A DNA stretch of 16,024 nt from Verrucomicrobiota bacterium (GTDB taxonomy: Bacteria > Verrucomicrobiota > Verrucomicrobiia > Verrucomicrobiales > DEV007): the NCBI GenBank assembly GCA_045046875.1, contig JASFYY010000162.1, positions 1-16,024 on the forward strand, in the 5' to 3' direction. Below, piece by piece: positions 7,664-16,011 of this stretch; positions within the stretch are counted from its first letter, which is position 1, and each line of letters begins with the position of its first letter. The position numbers and the translations under genes are program-made. Under the pieces are notes generated by a model. The model made no database searches, had not been told where the DNA came from, and saw only the letters and a program-made list of their open reading frames with translations.

Positions 7664-8116
7664 TTGAGAAAAGCGTTCCCTATCAGCAAGCTTTGTTTTA
7701 TTATCCTGGCAGATGATTACGCGGGCGAAAAGGGTATCACACTTTTAATTGAGAATTTTGGCTGGATGATGAACGATCCGGATTCCGTGGTGAAATTGGT
7801 CGATGAAATTGGTCGGAATCAAGTTGCCATTGGACCGGACACAGGAAATTGGTCTGATAACAAAGTTCGCTACGCCGGTCTGGCAAAAACTTTTCCTCAT
7901 GCGGTGACCTGTGATTTCAAAGCGAAAACGATGAGTGAGAACGGTGAACATCCTTTTTATGATCTGAAAAAATGTTTTAAAATCGGCTGGGACGCAGGGT
8001 TTCGTGGTCCATGGAATTTCGAGCACGGACACAAGCACCGGGCACGGGCATTCCGCGAACTTGGAATGCTGCGTGACTGGTTGCGGGTATGGATGAAGGA
8101 GAAGACAGAGCATTAA
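7664..8116 (+). pseudogene. C-terminal half of a sugar-phosphate isomerase/epimerase (xylose-isomerase-like TIM barrel, AP_endonuc_2)
   Basis: LADDYAGEKGITLLIEN..PDTGNW..CDFKAK..DLKKCFKIGWDAGFRGPWNFEH covers only the second half of the barrel. Similarity appears to start near 7700, and there is no room for the N-terminal half before the neighbouring gene at 7563. Confidence 0.75.
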
Positions 8117-8147
8117 ATAGGTCTGTGCTGCTGAGAAAGCATAGGGC

Positions 8148-8176
8148 TTGACGGCAGAAATCCCCCGTGTTCTAAT
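8148..8176 (+). promoter_or_regulatory. Possible sigma70-type promoter
   Basis: TTGACG (8148-8153), a 17-bp spacer ending in TGT, then TCTAAT (8171-8176). The -10 box lacks the conserved second A. Confidence 0.3.
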
Positions 8177-8190
8177 CAGCACAAATGAAC

Positions 8191-8202
8191 AGGATTAACC
8201 CC
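8191..8202 (+). repeat. Degenerate element-end motif AGGATTAACCCC
   Basis: 10/12 match to AGGACTGACCCC. Followed by TTTCGCTCCTTTGAGGCT, which resembles TTTCGCCCTTTGCAGGGCT at 15955-15973. Confidence 0.5.
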
Positions 8203-8220
8203 TTTCGCTCCTTTGAGGCT

Positions 8221-8313
8221 CTCCAGCCTTGGTTCGGTTACGAAACCATCCTTCGCAGAGGCGATGGTGGGAATGAGGGCAGGGGAGGTGAAAAAACAAA
8301 TTCCTAACAGTCG
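8221..8313 (+). repeat. ~90-bp dispersed intergenic repeat, copy B
   Basis: Core ACGAAACCATCCTTCGCAGAGGCGATGGTGGGAATGAGGGCAG..GGTGAAAAAACAAATTCCT; same orientation as 3597-3690. Confidence 0.85.
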
Positions 8314-8318
8314 CTGAA

Positions 8319-8492
8319 ATGAATGCCAGAAGATTAGCGCAACTCCTTATTATTACGAGTGTCCTACTTGTATGGCCCCTTCACTTTGGCAAGAAGCTGC
8401 ACGCTCAAGACACCTTCCACGTGTTCAACGATAAACTGCTAAGCCATACTCCCACCCAATTCTGCCCTGTCTGCAATCACCTCTGGTTATGA
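8319..8492 (+). pseudogene. 57-aa ORF with a signal peptide; probably a truncated exported-protein gene, or a small protein
   Basis: MNARRLAQLLIITSVLLVWPLHFGKKLHAQDTFHVFNDKLLSHTPTQFCPVCNHLWL*. Not in the ORF track. Its stop overlaps the next ATG (ATGA, 8489-8492). Confidence 0.4.
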
Positions 8493-11014
8493 AAATACAT
8501 CCTTTTGCTTATTTCTTTATATTTTCATCCCGGGTTTCTTTCCCCTTCACGCTTACTTGCGGGCTGCTCTTTCTTTTTTCATCGCTGTGCGGGGCGGAAG
8601 ATTCGGCGGCAATTCTGATCAAAGCGACACTGAATCCTGCCGCTTCGCTGCTGGATGACCCAGCGGCAACGCGGGTTCGATTTGAGGATTATGTTTCGAA
8701 TCCGCAGCCGAAGTATCAGGATGCGCAGCAAGGCTGGGTGGTGCGGTATTCGAATTTATTTACGGGTTTGATTGCTCCGCAGACAGCGAATACGACGCTT
8801 TCTCCGCTGCCGAAGCCGGTGGGAATGTTAATCGAAAATTCGGCGGATCGTGTGGGCTTTTTTGATCCGAGTTCGCGAGTGGATGTGGCTGATCCGCGAG
8901 GGGATAAGCTGGTTTTCCGCCTAGTGGACCCGGCGAATCCAAAACAGGCGGCCACGGTTTCGCGGGTGGCGTTTCGGGTGGTGGGTTCTTCGGTGAAAGC
9001 GGGGAAGGTTCGTTACAGGGTTTTCGATACTGAGGGGAAACAGCTGGCCTCGGGGATTCTGAAAATGAGCAAGGCGGCGGGTAAATTTCAATCGGAAGTG
9101 GATTGCACCGCTTTGCAGAACGGCAAGCCGGTTTCGGCGATTCACAAGGTGGTGGTGGAGCATTCGGGCAAGGGCTACTTCGTGGTGGGGAATGTTTGGA
9201 ATCCGGCGCAGCCTGATTTTGCGTTCTCGGGTTTCGCGCTCAGCGGGAAGTCGGTGCAGCGCGGGTTTGATGAACAGATCCCAAGGCAGCATCAGGAGCA
9301 ATGGGCAAATTTCCGCAAAGCGAAGCGGATCACGGATCTATCAAAATGTCTTCCGGCGAGCGCTTTGTCGGATCGCCGTGAGATGGAAAAATGGAAGGTT
9401 TTTGAATATGAGACAGCGGATTTTTCTGGAAAATGCATCGCTGTCGGGATTGAATCAACTGCGCCGGATTTGACGCTGAAGTTGAATCAAAAGGGGTGGC
9501 ACGCGGTGTATCTCGGACTGAGCGGGGTGATATCAAAAGGCCACGGCGGTTCACATGGTAACAAGATTGAAGCGAAGCTGAGCAGCGATCCGGCTTTCAC
9601 CCGGTTGAGCAATCGGCTGGGTGCGGCTTCGCAACAACGGGATGAGCTGGAGGAGGTTTTTCTTGGTGTCGCGGATCTCACGGATAACGATCTCCATTTC
9701 TCGACGGTGTATCAGCTGGCGACGCGCTTGCATTTTGTGAAAATGATTCCATTGAGCGAAGCGGAGGTCGCAGCGATTAAAGCGGATCGGGCACAGAAAA
9801 AAACGAAGAACCTCGTAGCCACTTTTGACGGCTACACTTGGATCCATCCCTTTCGACCGCGTAGCCGGGCGGAGTTGGCGGCGACTTTTTCGGCCTATCG
9901 GGACAGTGATTTCAAGACCTGGTGGTTTCAGGTGGGCGGCGCGGATTTGGTTCATTACCCGACAAAAGTGGGTAATCTCATGGGTGGACATCTCGATACC
10001 TTTCCGCGCGAAGTAGATCGTGAGTTCACGGAGTCGGTGCAGTATTTGCACTCACAGGGAATCGATCCAATGAAAGTCGCGGTGGAAGAAGCGCATGCGC
10101 AGGACGCGGAAATTCTTGTCTGTCTGCGGGCTGGAGCCTGGAAAGCGGCGCCGCCCTGGGAGGAATATTTTCAGAGCGCATTTTACGAAGATCATCCCGA
10201 ATGGCGTTGCGTGGATATCGACGGAACGCCTACGATGTATATGAGCTACGCGGTCGAGCAGGTTCAGGATCATTTGATAGATGTCTATCGCGAAGCCCTT
10301 CAGAGAGGAGCTGACGGGGCGGGGTTTCTGTTCCATCGAGGGATGCCGATGATTCTGTGGGAGGACGCTTTTTGTGATCGATTTCAGAAAAAATATCAAC
10401 TTGATCCGCGCAAGCTGCCCGAGGACGATGCACGGGTCTATGCGATGCGGGCGGTGATCGTGACCGGGTTCATGCAAAAAATTCGCAAGTTGCTCGACGA
10501 AGTTCGCGCTGAGAGAGGAGGGGACAAAACTCCGCGATTGAAGCTCGCGATTTCCACCTTTTCTGCGGAGGCGGATAACCAAAAATTCGGCCTGGATGTG
10601 GAGCGGTGGGTCAACGAAAAGCTGATCGACCAAATCGGGATCGCCTGGTTTGCCTTTCACACCAGCGGATTGAAAAAGCGCACGGGCGACAATGTTTATT
10701 ACAAGAAGATCACCAAAGGCAGCGAGGTGAAAATATATCCCTACTATGTCGCATGGAGTATGCCTTCGGCGAAGGGGATATTAAAAAACGCTGCCCGTCA
10801 ATATGACGAAGGCGTTGATGGCTTCGCCGTGTGGGATCCGAATCAGTTTGAGCATTGGGGCAAAGGGGTAAATCCTTTTTGGCCTTTGATTTCCCAACTC
10901 GGTCACAGAGAAAAAGTGAAAAATGGCTCACTACTTTATGCGCCTGTCAGGATACCGCTGACTCGTTTGGGAGAGAATCATTTCAGTCGCTGGTTTCCAA
11001 ATACGGGTTTCTAA
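8489..11014 (+). CDS. Secreted multidomain protein with a C-terminal GHL10/DUF187-like glycoside hydrolase TIM barrel (841 aa)
   Basis: Hydrophobic N-terminal signal region. The C-terminal half has GIDPMKVAVEEAHAQDAEILVCLR, FYEDHPEWR, MSYAVEQVQDHL, GADGAGFLF, GLDVERWVNEKLID and GVDGFAVWD, characteristic of this fold family. The N-terminal ~430 aa are unassigned and look beta-rich. Confidence 0.75.
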   Translation: MKIHPFAYFFIFSSRVSFPFTLTCGLLFLFSSLCGAEDSAAILIKATLNPAASLLDDPAATRVRFEDYVSNPQPKYQDAQQGWVVRYSNLFTGLIAPQTANTTLSPLPKPVGMLIENSADRVGFFDPSSRVDVADPRGDKLVFRLVDPANPKQAATVSRVAFRVVGSSVKAGKVRYRVFDTEGKQLASGILKMSKAAGKFQSEVDCTALQNGKPVSAIHKVVVEHSGKGYFVVGNVWNPAQPDFAFSGFALSGKSVQRGFDEQIPRQHQEQWANFRKAKRITDLSKCLPASALSDRREMEKWKVFEYETADFSGKCIAVGIESTAPDLTLKLNQKGWHAVYLGLSGVISKGHGGSHGNKIEAKLSSDPAFTRLSNRLGAASQQRDELEEVFLGVADLTDNDLHFSTVYQLATRLHFVKMIPLSEAEVAAIKADRAQKKTKNLVATFDGYTWIHPFRPRSRAELAATFSAYRDSDFKTWWFQVGGADLVHYPTKVGNLMGGHLDTFPREVDREFTESVQYLHSQGIDPMKVAVEEAHAQDAEILVCLRAGAWKAAPPWEEYFQSAFYEDHPEWRCVDIDGTPTMYMSYAVEQVQDHLIDVYREALQRGADGAGFLFHRGMPMILWEDAFCDRFQKKYQLDPRKLPEDDARVYAMRAVIVTGFMQKIRKLLDEVRAERGGDKTPRLKLAISTFSAEADNQKFGLDVERWVNEKLIDQIGIAWFAFHTSGLKKRTGDNVYYKKITKGSEVKIYPYYVAWSMPSAKGILKNAARQYDEGVDGFAVWDPNQFEHWGKGVNPFWPLISQLGHREKVKNGSLLYAPVRIPLTRLGENHFSRWFPNTGF

Positions 11015-11199
11015 GTAGCAGAGAGAGTCTGCATTTGGTTGCCAGTAGTATTTTTGATCGGCGGGCGGCGGTATTGCGCCAGTTGGCGATCAATCATGAA
11101 GACTTGACTTGCCGCTAGGCCGGGGGTGATGTTTGTTTGATCGGTGTGCGTGTCAGTATTTTGCACAACATCATTGGGCAACTAATAATTTTCACTGAG

Positions 11200-11919
11200 A
11201 TGAAGGATTTTGCTTTGTATAAGGAAGACGTAGAATCCTTATTTGATTACCTCGATGATACGCAGTTCTGGATAAAGGATAAACACGGGTATTACCTCAA
11301 GGTGAACCGGGCCTTTCAGATCAATTATTCCCTAGCGTCGGTTGAAGATGCGGTGGGGTTGGATGATTTTGATATATCTCCGCCGTGGTTGGCGGAAGAT
11401 TTTCGGGCGGATGATCAACGGGTGCTTCAAGGTAAGCGGGTGATTAACCGGATCGAATTGGTGGGGGGCTTTGATATGAGTACCCGCTGGTTCCGCACTT
11501 CAAAACTGCCCGTACATGACGAGCAGGGGGAAATCGTAGCAACTACGGGTGTCACTCAATTGTTGCCCGGCCTGTTGGCCGCGGATTTCCCAATTCCAGG
11601 ATTACGCTCAGCCTTGTCTGCCATGCAACAAAAACCATCACTCGCATGGACAAATGGTGAGTTGGCTCGTCACTCGGGTTTATCGGTCAGTGCTTTCGAG
11701 CGCAGCTTCCGCCGTCATTTACAAATTTCACCAATGCAGTTCTTGAAACGCTTGCGATTGTCTCAAGCCGCCGCCGCTCTTGTCCGAACTGAGCAGCAAA
11801 TTGCTGAGATCGCTGAAGAGTGCGGTTTTTGTGATCAATCTCATTTATCCCGTGAATTCAAAAGGTTTTTTGGGGCCGCGCCGCTCAAGTGGCGAAGCCA
11901 GCATCTAGTCGAAGAGTAG
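11200..11919 (+). CDS. AraC-family transcriptional regulator with an N-terminal PAS domain
   Basis: PAS motifs LFDYLDDTQFWIKDKHGYYLKVN..GLDDFD..FRADDQRVL..WFRTSKLPVHDEQGEIV, and AraC HTH motifs ELARHSGLSVSAFERSFRR and IAEIAEECGFCDQSHLSREFKRFFG. Probable ATG at 11200. Confidence 0.95.
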   Translation: MKDFALYKEDVESLFDYLDDTQFWIKDKHGYYLKVNRAFQINYSLASVEDAVGLDDFDISPPWLAEDFRADDQRVLQGKRVINRIELVGGFDMSTRWFRTSKLPVHDEQGEIVATTGVTQLLPGLLAADFPIPGLRSALSAMQQKPSLAWTNGELARHSGLSVSAFERSFRRHLQISPMQFLKRLRLSQAAAALVRTEQQIAEIAEECGFCDQSHLSREFKRFFGAAPLKWRSQHLVEE

Positions 11920-11996
11920 AAAGGTGACGCCTGTTATATACAAAAAATAGCATGTAATTTTCAATACACTGAAGATGCGGTCTGTTACTCTTTTGT

Positions 11997-14900
11997 ATGA
12001 AGAATCAAATGAAGCCGAGAGCTTGTGCCAAACTGGCTGGATATTTTCTCCTATTATTGCAAATGGGCATTCAGCTGAGCGCCGGTAAGGAGGTCGGACA
12101 GAATTTGCAGCAAGAGAATCTGGTGGCTTGGTGCATTGTGCCCTTTGATGCAAAAAAGCGCGGCCCGGCCGAGCGGGCGCAGATGTTGGTGGATCTTGGT
12201 ATTCGGCGTTGTGCTTATGATTGGAGGAACGAGCATATTCCACAATTTGAGCAAGAGATCATTGAATATAAAAAACACGGCATCGAATTTTTCGCTTTTT
12301 GGGGAGGTCATGAAAAGGCCTTTGAGCTGTTTGAAAAATATGACCTGCATCCACAAATCTGGACCATGGTTGGAAAGGTGGGTGAAGGTTCGCAAGAAGA
12401 AAAAATCGAAGCGGCAGCGAATAAACTGGAGGCCGTCGCAAAGCGCACTGTAGAGCTGGGCTGTAAATTGGGGATTTATAATCATGGCGGCTGGTCTGGT
12501 GAATCAAAGAATATGGTCGCGGTGTGCAAACGCCTACGCAAAAGGGGGTATGCGCATGTGGGCATCGTTTATAATTGGCATCACGGGCATGAGCATATCA
12601 AGGATTGGGGCGAGTCGCTCAAGCTGATGCAGCCGTTCCTGCATTGCTTGAATATCAACGGCATGAATGCCAACGCGGCGCCAAAAATCCTGACACTGGC
12701 ACAAGGTGAACATGAAATGGCGATGCTGAAGACCATTTTGGAAAGCGGCTATGATGGTCCGATTGGGATCCTCGATCACCAGATGCAACTGGATTCAAAA
12801 GAGGTGCTCGCGGATAATTTGGCTGGGTTGAAGTGGTTGAAAAAAGAAATTCAGAAACCCGGTTCGGGAGGAAAACCGCCTATTCCGAAAGCTAAAAAAG
12901 TTTCCATGAAACCACCAGTAGCGGCAATCATTTCAACACCTATGTTCGTTCCTTCGGTCAATGAGAATTTCGGCAAAGCTCTCGCTCGCGGGATGATGGT
13001 GAAGGCGAATGCAGATCGTCGCGAACCGCCAATTACAGTGGAATGCCGAGTGAAGATTAGAGATCGGAGTAACTACAATATTCTCGTGGCGAGTGATAAG
13101 AAGGCTTCGAATGCGCACTGGGAGATTTTCACGATGAAGGGAAGTGGAGAGCTGACAGTTTACTTGCCAGGCGCAACGCCAGATCATGTTAGAAGTAAAA
13201 AAGTCATCACGGACGATCATTGGCATTCCGTTGCAATGCACTATGCAGCGGATCATGTGCAACTTTGGGTAGATGGAAAAGTCGTCGCGAATCAAAAAAT
13301 TCAACTGAAGCCAAATCGGAAAGTTGTGCCCGGCGGAGTGGCTTTCGGGCAACTTGTTGAAGGTGAATTTGGAGGTGCTGTCGTTATCGACGAAGTCCGA
13401 ATTCGGAGGGGGATTCATGATGATCTGGGAAAAATAACAAAGCAACCCTTTCAATCGAATGCTGAAAACGTCATAGTTTACCGAAACTTCGATGACCTGC
13501 AAACTCCTGCGCCACTCGTAATATTTAATCGAAAACCGCTCGAACCACAAGCTAACCCTTACTGGAAAGAGTCCATCAACCGGGATCGAATTTACGATTT
13601 TTATGCAAAACAGGCGCTGCACTATGGTAGCTCAAAAGCCCCGAGTATTTTGCCCCCGTTTCCTGGGCTGGATGGCGGCATCGATGGGCATTGGGGGAAT
13701 CAAAATGATCAGGATACGTGGAAAGACGGACGTATCAGAAAAATGGATCATGGTTCGGCGATCAGCGGTGTTTTTCGCGGTGCGGGCAAAACCATCGCCC
13801 GTGCCGTGAGTGTGGATTTGGGTAATGCAGTGAATGCGGTATTTGATCAGGATTCGCTTAGGTTTGAGCTCGCCTGGAAGGGGGCGCTGGTGAAGTGGTC
13901 GGATGTGCGGCGAGGACTGATGCATGGAATCCCGATGGGAGGTGAAGAGCAGGTCGCAATGGTTCACATTGCCAGCCCTGCAGCGGATGCGGTTTATCTG
14001 GGAATGTACCGAGTAGGCAAACAGGTGGTATTTTCCTATCGGGAAAACGGGCAAGTGAAATACCGGACAGCATCAGTGGTCAATGGAAAAGTGGTTGAAT
14101 CGGTGACAAATAAACCTCAAGCGGGCACCGCACAATGGCCTGAGCGAGTCGAAACTAAAGGCAAGCTCGGCGAAGGGCAGCCTTACGCGATTGATACGCT
14201 GACATTGCCTTACAAAAACCCATGGAATGCCTTGTTTTTTGTCAGCGGGCTGGATTTTTTATCTGAGAATCGGATCGCGATTTGCACGATGTATGGCGAC
14301 GTCTGGATTGCTGATGTTTCTGGCGAAGATTTGAGTAAACTTACTTGGAAACGTTTTGCGGGAGGTCTGCATCAGCCGCTGGGTTTGAAAGTCAAAGACG
14401 GCGTGATTCATGTTATGTGCCGGGACCAACTGGTGGCTTTGCACGATATCAATGGCGATGATGAAGCTGATTTTTACCAATGTGTTTTTAATATTCAAAA
14501 AACCTCGCCAGGCGGCCACAGTTTTATCACGGGATTGCAACAAGACGATCAAGGGCGTTGGTATTTTGCGTCAGGAAATGAGGGGGTGTGCCGTGTTTCC
14601 GCTGATGGGAAAAAGCTCAAGGTGTTAGGCAGCGGATTACGAAACCCGAACGGGCTCGGTATTTCCCCGTCGGGAGATGTGGTGTTGAGCAGCGTTCAGG
14701 AGGGTAACTGGACGCCGGCCAGCGCTATTTGCGATGTGAGCCGGGGTGGTCATTTTGGAGCGGGTGGACCGAAACCCGACTATGTGCCAGCGATGCTTTA
14801 CTTGCCGCGTGGGGTCGATAACTCCAGCGGCGGGCAGGTTTATATCGACAGCGGGCGGTGGGGGCCGGTTAGTAAAAACTGGGTTCATTTTTCGGGCGGG

Positions 14901-15764
14901 TTTGCGACTCATTTTTTAGTGCTGCGTGAAGTGATCGGCGAAACATCGCAAGCCGCCGCTATTGTATTGTCGGGAGAATTTCTGTCAGGAAGCCATCGCG
15001 GGCGCTTTTCGCCTTACGACGGTCAGTTGTATGTGGGCAGCGCACAGGGCTGGGGCAATTATGGTGTGGCTGATGGAGCCTTGCAGCGCGTTCGATATAC
15101 CGGCGGTGCCTATCCGTATCCTACTAAATATCAAACCCAGGAAAACGGAATCCTGCTGACTTTTGCCGAGCCGCAAACAGCAGAAGTCGCTGATATCAAA
15201 CGCTGGTTCGCCCAGCAATGGAACTACCTTTATGGTCCCGGATACGGGTCGGCCGAATACTCAGTCAAGAATCCAGGAAAAAAGGGGCACGATCAGCTTG
15301 AGATCCGCTCCGTTCATCGGATCGGCGATGGTAGGCAGATTTTCATCGAAATCCCGCAACTGCAGCCAGTGAACCAGTTTCAGCTGCATTTCGCTGGTAC
15401 TAGGCGGATCGAGATTTTTGCCACGATTCATCAACTGGGAGAACCTTACACTGACTTTCCCGGTTATGAAAAAATCACTAAAACAGGCAGCACCGGCCTA
15501 TCAATAAACACCGTCGCTGAACTGACTCCGGCGGCCTTGATGAGTGCTTGCGCGACCTGTCATCATCCAACTAAAAGGGTGGTTGGGCCGCCTTTTTCAG
15601 AAATTCGGCAGCGTTACGCAAATAATCCGGACGGCATTGTGAAATGGGCAATGAATCCTGAGAACAAAAATCCAGAGTTGCCTCCGATGCCATCGTTCAA
15701 CTTTTTAGGTAAGGAAAAATTGAAGATCATTGCTAAAAAAATACTTTCAGGGGGTGGGGAATAG
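11997..15764 (+). CDS. Exported fusion: xylose-isomerase-like TIM barrel + LamG/ConA-like domain + DUF6797-like/beta-propeller region + C-terminal cytochrome c (1255 aa)
   Basis: Signal peptide. TIM barrel motifs LGIYNHGGW, VYNWHHGH and GYDGPIGILDH. Pro/Lys linker. LamG motifs ITVECRVK, DDHWHSVAM, LWVDGKVV and IDEVRI. Propeller motifs FAGGLHQPLGL and GSGLRNPNGLG..QEGNWTP. Heme motif CATCH (15549-15563), with VGPPF and a likely distal Met in PPMP. Confidence 0.88.
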   Translation: MKNQMKPRACAKLAGYFLLLLQMGIQLSAGKEVGQNLQQENLVAWCIVPFDAKKRGPAERAQMLVDLGIRRCAYDWRNEHIPQFEQEIIEYKKHGIEFFAFWGGHEKAFELFEKYDLHPQIWTMVGKVGEGSQEEKIEAAANKLEAVAKRTVELGCKLGIYNHGGWSGESKNMVAVCKRLRKRGYAHVGIVYNWHHGHEHIKDWGESLKLMQPFLHCLNINGMNANAAPKILTLAQGEHEMAMLKTILESGYDGPIGILDHQMQLDSKEVLADNLAGLKWLKKEIQKPGSGGKPPIPKAKKVSMKPPVAAIISTPMFVPSVNENFGKALARGMMVKANADRREPPITVECRVKIRDRSNYNILVASDKKASNAHWEIFTMKGSGELTVYLPGATPDHVRSKKVITDDHWHSVAMHYAADHVQLWVDGKVVANQKIQLKPNRKVVPGGVAFGQLVEGEFGGAVVIDEVRIRRGIHDDLGKITKQPFQSNAENVIVYRNFDDLQTPAPLVIFNRKPLEPQANPYWKESINRDRIYDFYAKQALHYGSSKAPSILPPFPGLDGGIDGHWGNQNDQDTWKDGRIRKMDHGSAISGVFRGAGKTIARAVSVDLGNAVNAVFDQDSLRFELAWKGALVKWSDVRRGLMHGIPMGGEEQVAMVHIASPAADAVYLGMYRVGKQVVFSYRENGQVKYRTASVVNGKVVESVTNKPQAGTAQWPERVETKGKLGEGQPYAIDTLTLPYKNPWNALFFVSGLDFLSENRIAICTMYGDVWIADVSGEDLSKLTWKRFAGGLHQPLGLKVKDGVIHVMCRDQLVALHDINGDDEADFYQCVFNIQKTSPGGHSFITGLQQDDQGRWYFASGNEGVCRVSADGKKLKVLGSGLRNPNGLGISPSGDVVLSSVQEGNWTPASAICDVSRGGHFGAGGPKPDYVPAMLYLPRGVDNSSGGQVYIDSGRWGPVSKNWVHFSGGFATHFLVLREVIGETSQAAAIVLSGEFLSGSHRGRFSPYDGQLYVGSAQGWGNYGVADGALQRVRYTGGAYPYPTKYQTQENGILLTFAEPQTAEVADIKRWFAQQWNYLYGPGYGSAEYSVKNPGKKGHDQLEIRSVHRIGDGRQIFIEIPQLQPVNQFQLHFAGTRRIEIFATIHQLGEPYTDFPGYEKITKTGSTGLSINTVAELTPAALMSACATCHHPTKRVVGPPFSEIRQRYANNPDGIVKWAMNPENKNPELPPMPSFNFLGKEKLKIIAKKILSGGGE

Positions 15765-15840
15765 CTTTGGTTTTATCACAATCTCGAAGGTTTGAGAGAT
15801 GGTAATTGCGAACGTGATCTTGTTTAATTTTTCTCATCCG

Positions 15841-15880
15841 TATAGGAAGTTTTTCGTTTTAAAGGACTGACCCCTGTGCT
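15841..15880 (+). repeat. Element-end motif AAGGACTGACCCC (copy 2) with a remnant of the transposase 3' tail
   Basis: Exact 13-mer at 15862-15874. ATAGGAAGTT at 15842-15851 is identical to 71-80. The frame reads YRKFFVLKD*, compared with HRKL...FLDFKD* at the window start. Confidence 0.75.
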
Positions 15881-15940
15881 CCTTTCTCCAATTGTTTGTT
15901 TGGATCTTTGCGCTGGGTGTAAGACAAAATAGTTAAGCTG

Positions 15941-15953
15941 CTGACCGCTGTGC
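15941..15953 (+). repeat. Second degenerate end motif CTGACCGCTGTGC
   Basis: 12/13 match to CTGACCCCTGTGC at 15867-15879. Confidence 0.55.
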
Positions 15954-15958
15954 ATTTC

Positions 15959-16011
15959 GCCCTTTGCAGGGCTGGGAGAATTGGATTTTTTACCCAGTGC
16001 TGCGCACTGGG
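15959..16011. repeat. REP-like double hairpin
   Basis: GCCCT-TTGC-AGGGC (15959-15972) and CCCAGTGC-TGC-GCACTGGG (15993-16011). From memory, this resembles the CGCCCTTTCAGGGCT...ACCCAGGGCGTTGCCCTGGGCT repeats found near Y1 transposases. Confidence 0.65.

Noticed and set aside
8716..10931. Overlapping ORFs within the 841-aa gene (e.g. 10052-10660, 9551-10051)
   Set aside because: Shadow frames expected in a GC-rich CDS; no motifs.
11920..11996. Possible AraC binding half-sites (ATACAA, ATACAC)
   Set aside because: Short, AT-rich and 26 bp apart; not distinguishable from chance without comparative data.
12054..15372. Alternative ORFs inside the 1255-aa gene (e.g. 12933-13622)
   Set aside because: Antisense or out-of-frame shadows of a well-supported CDS.
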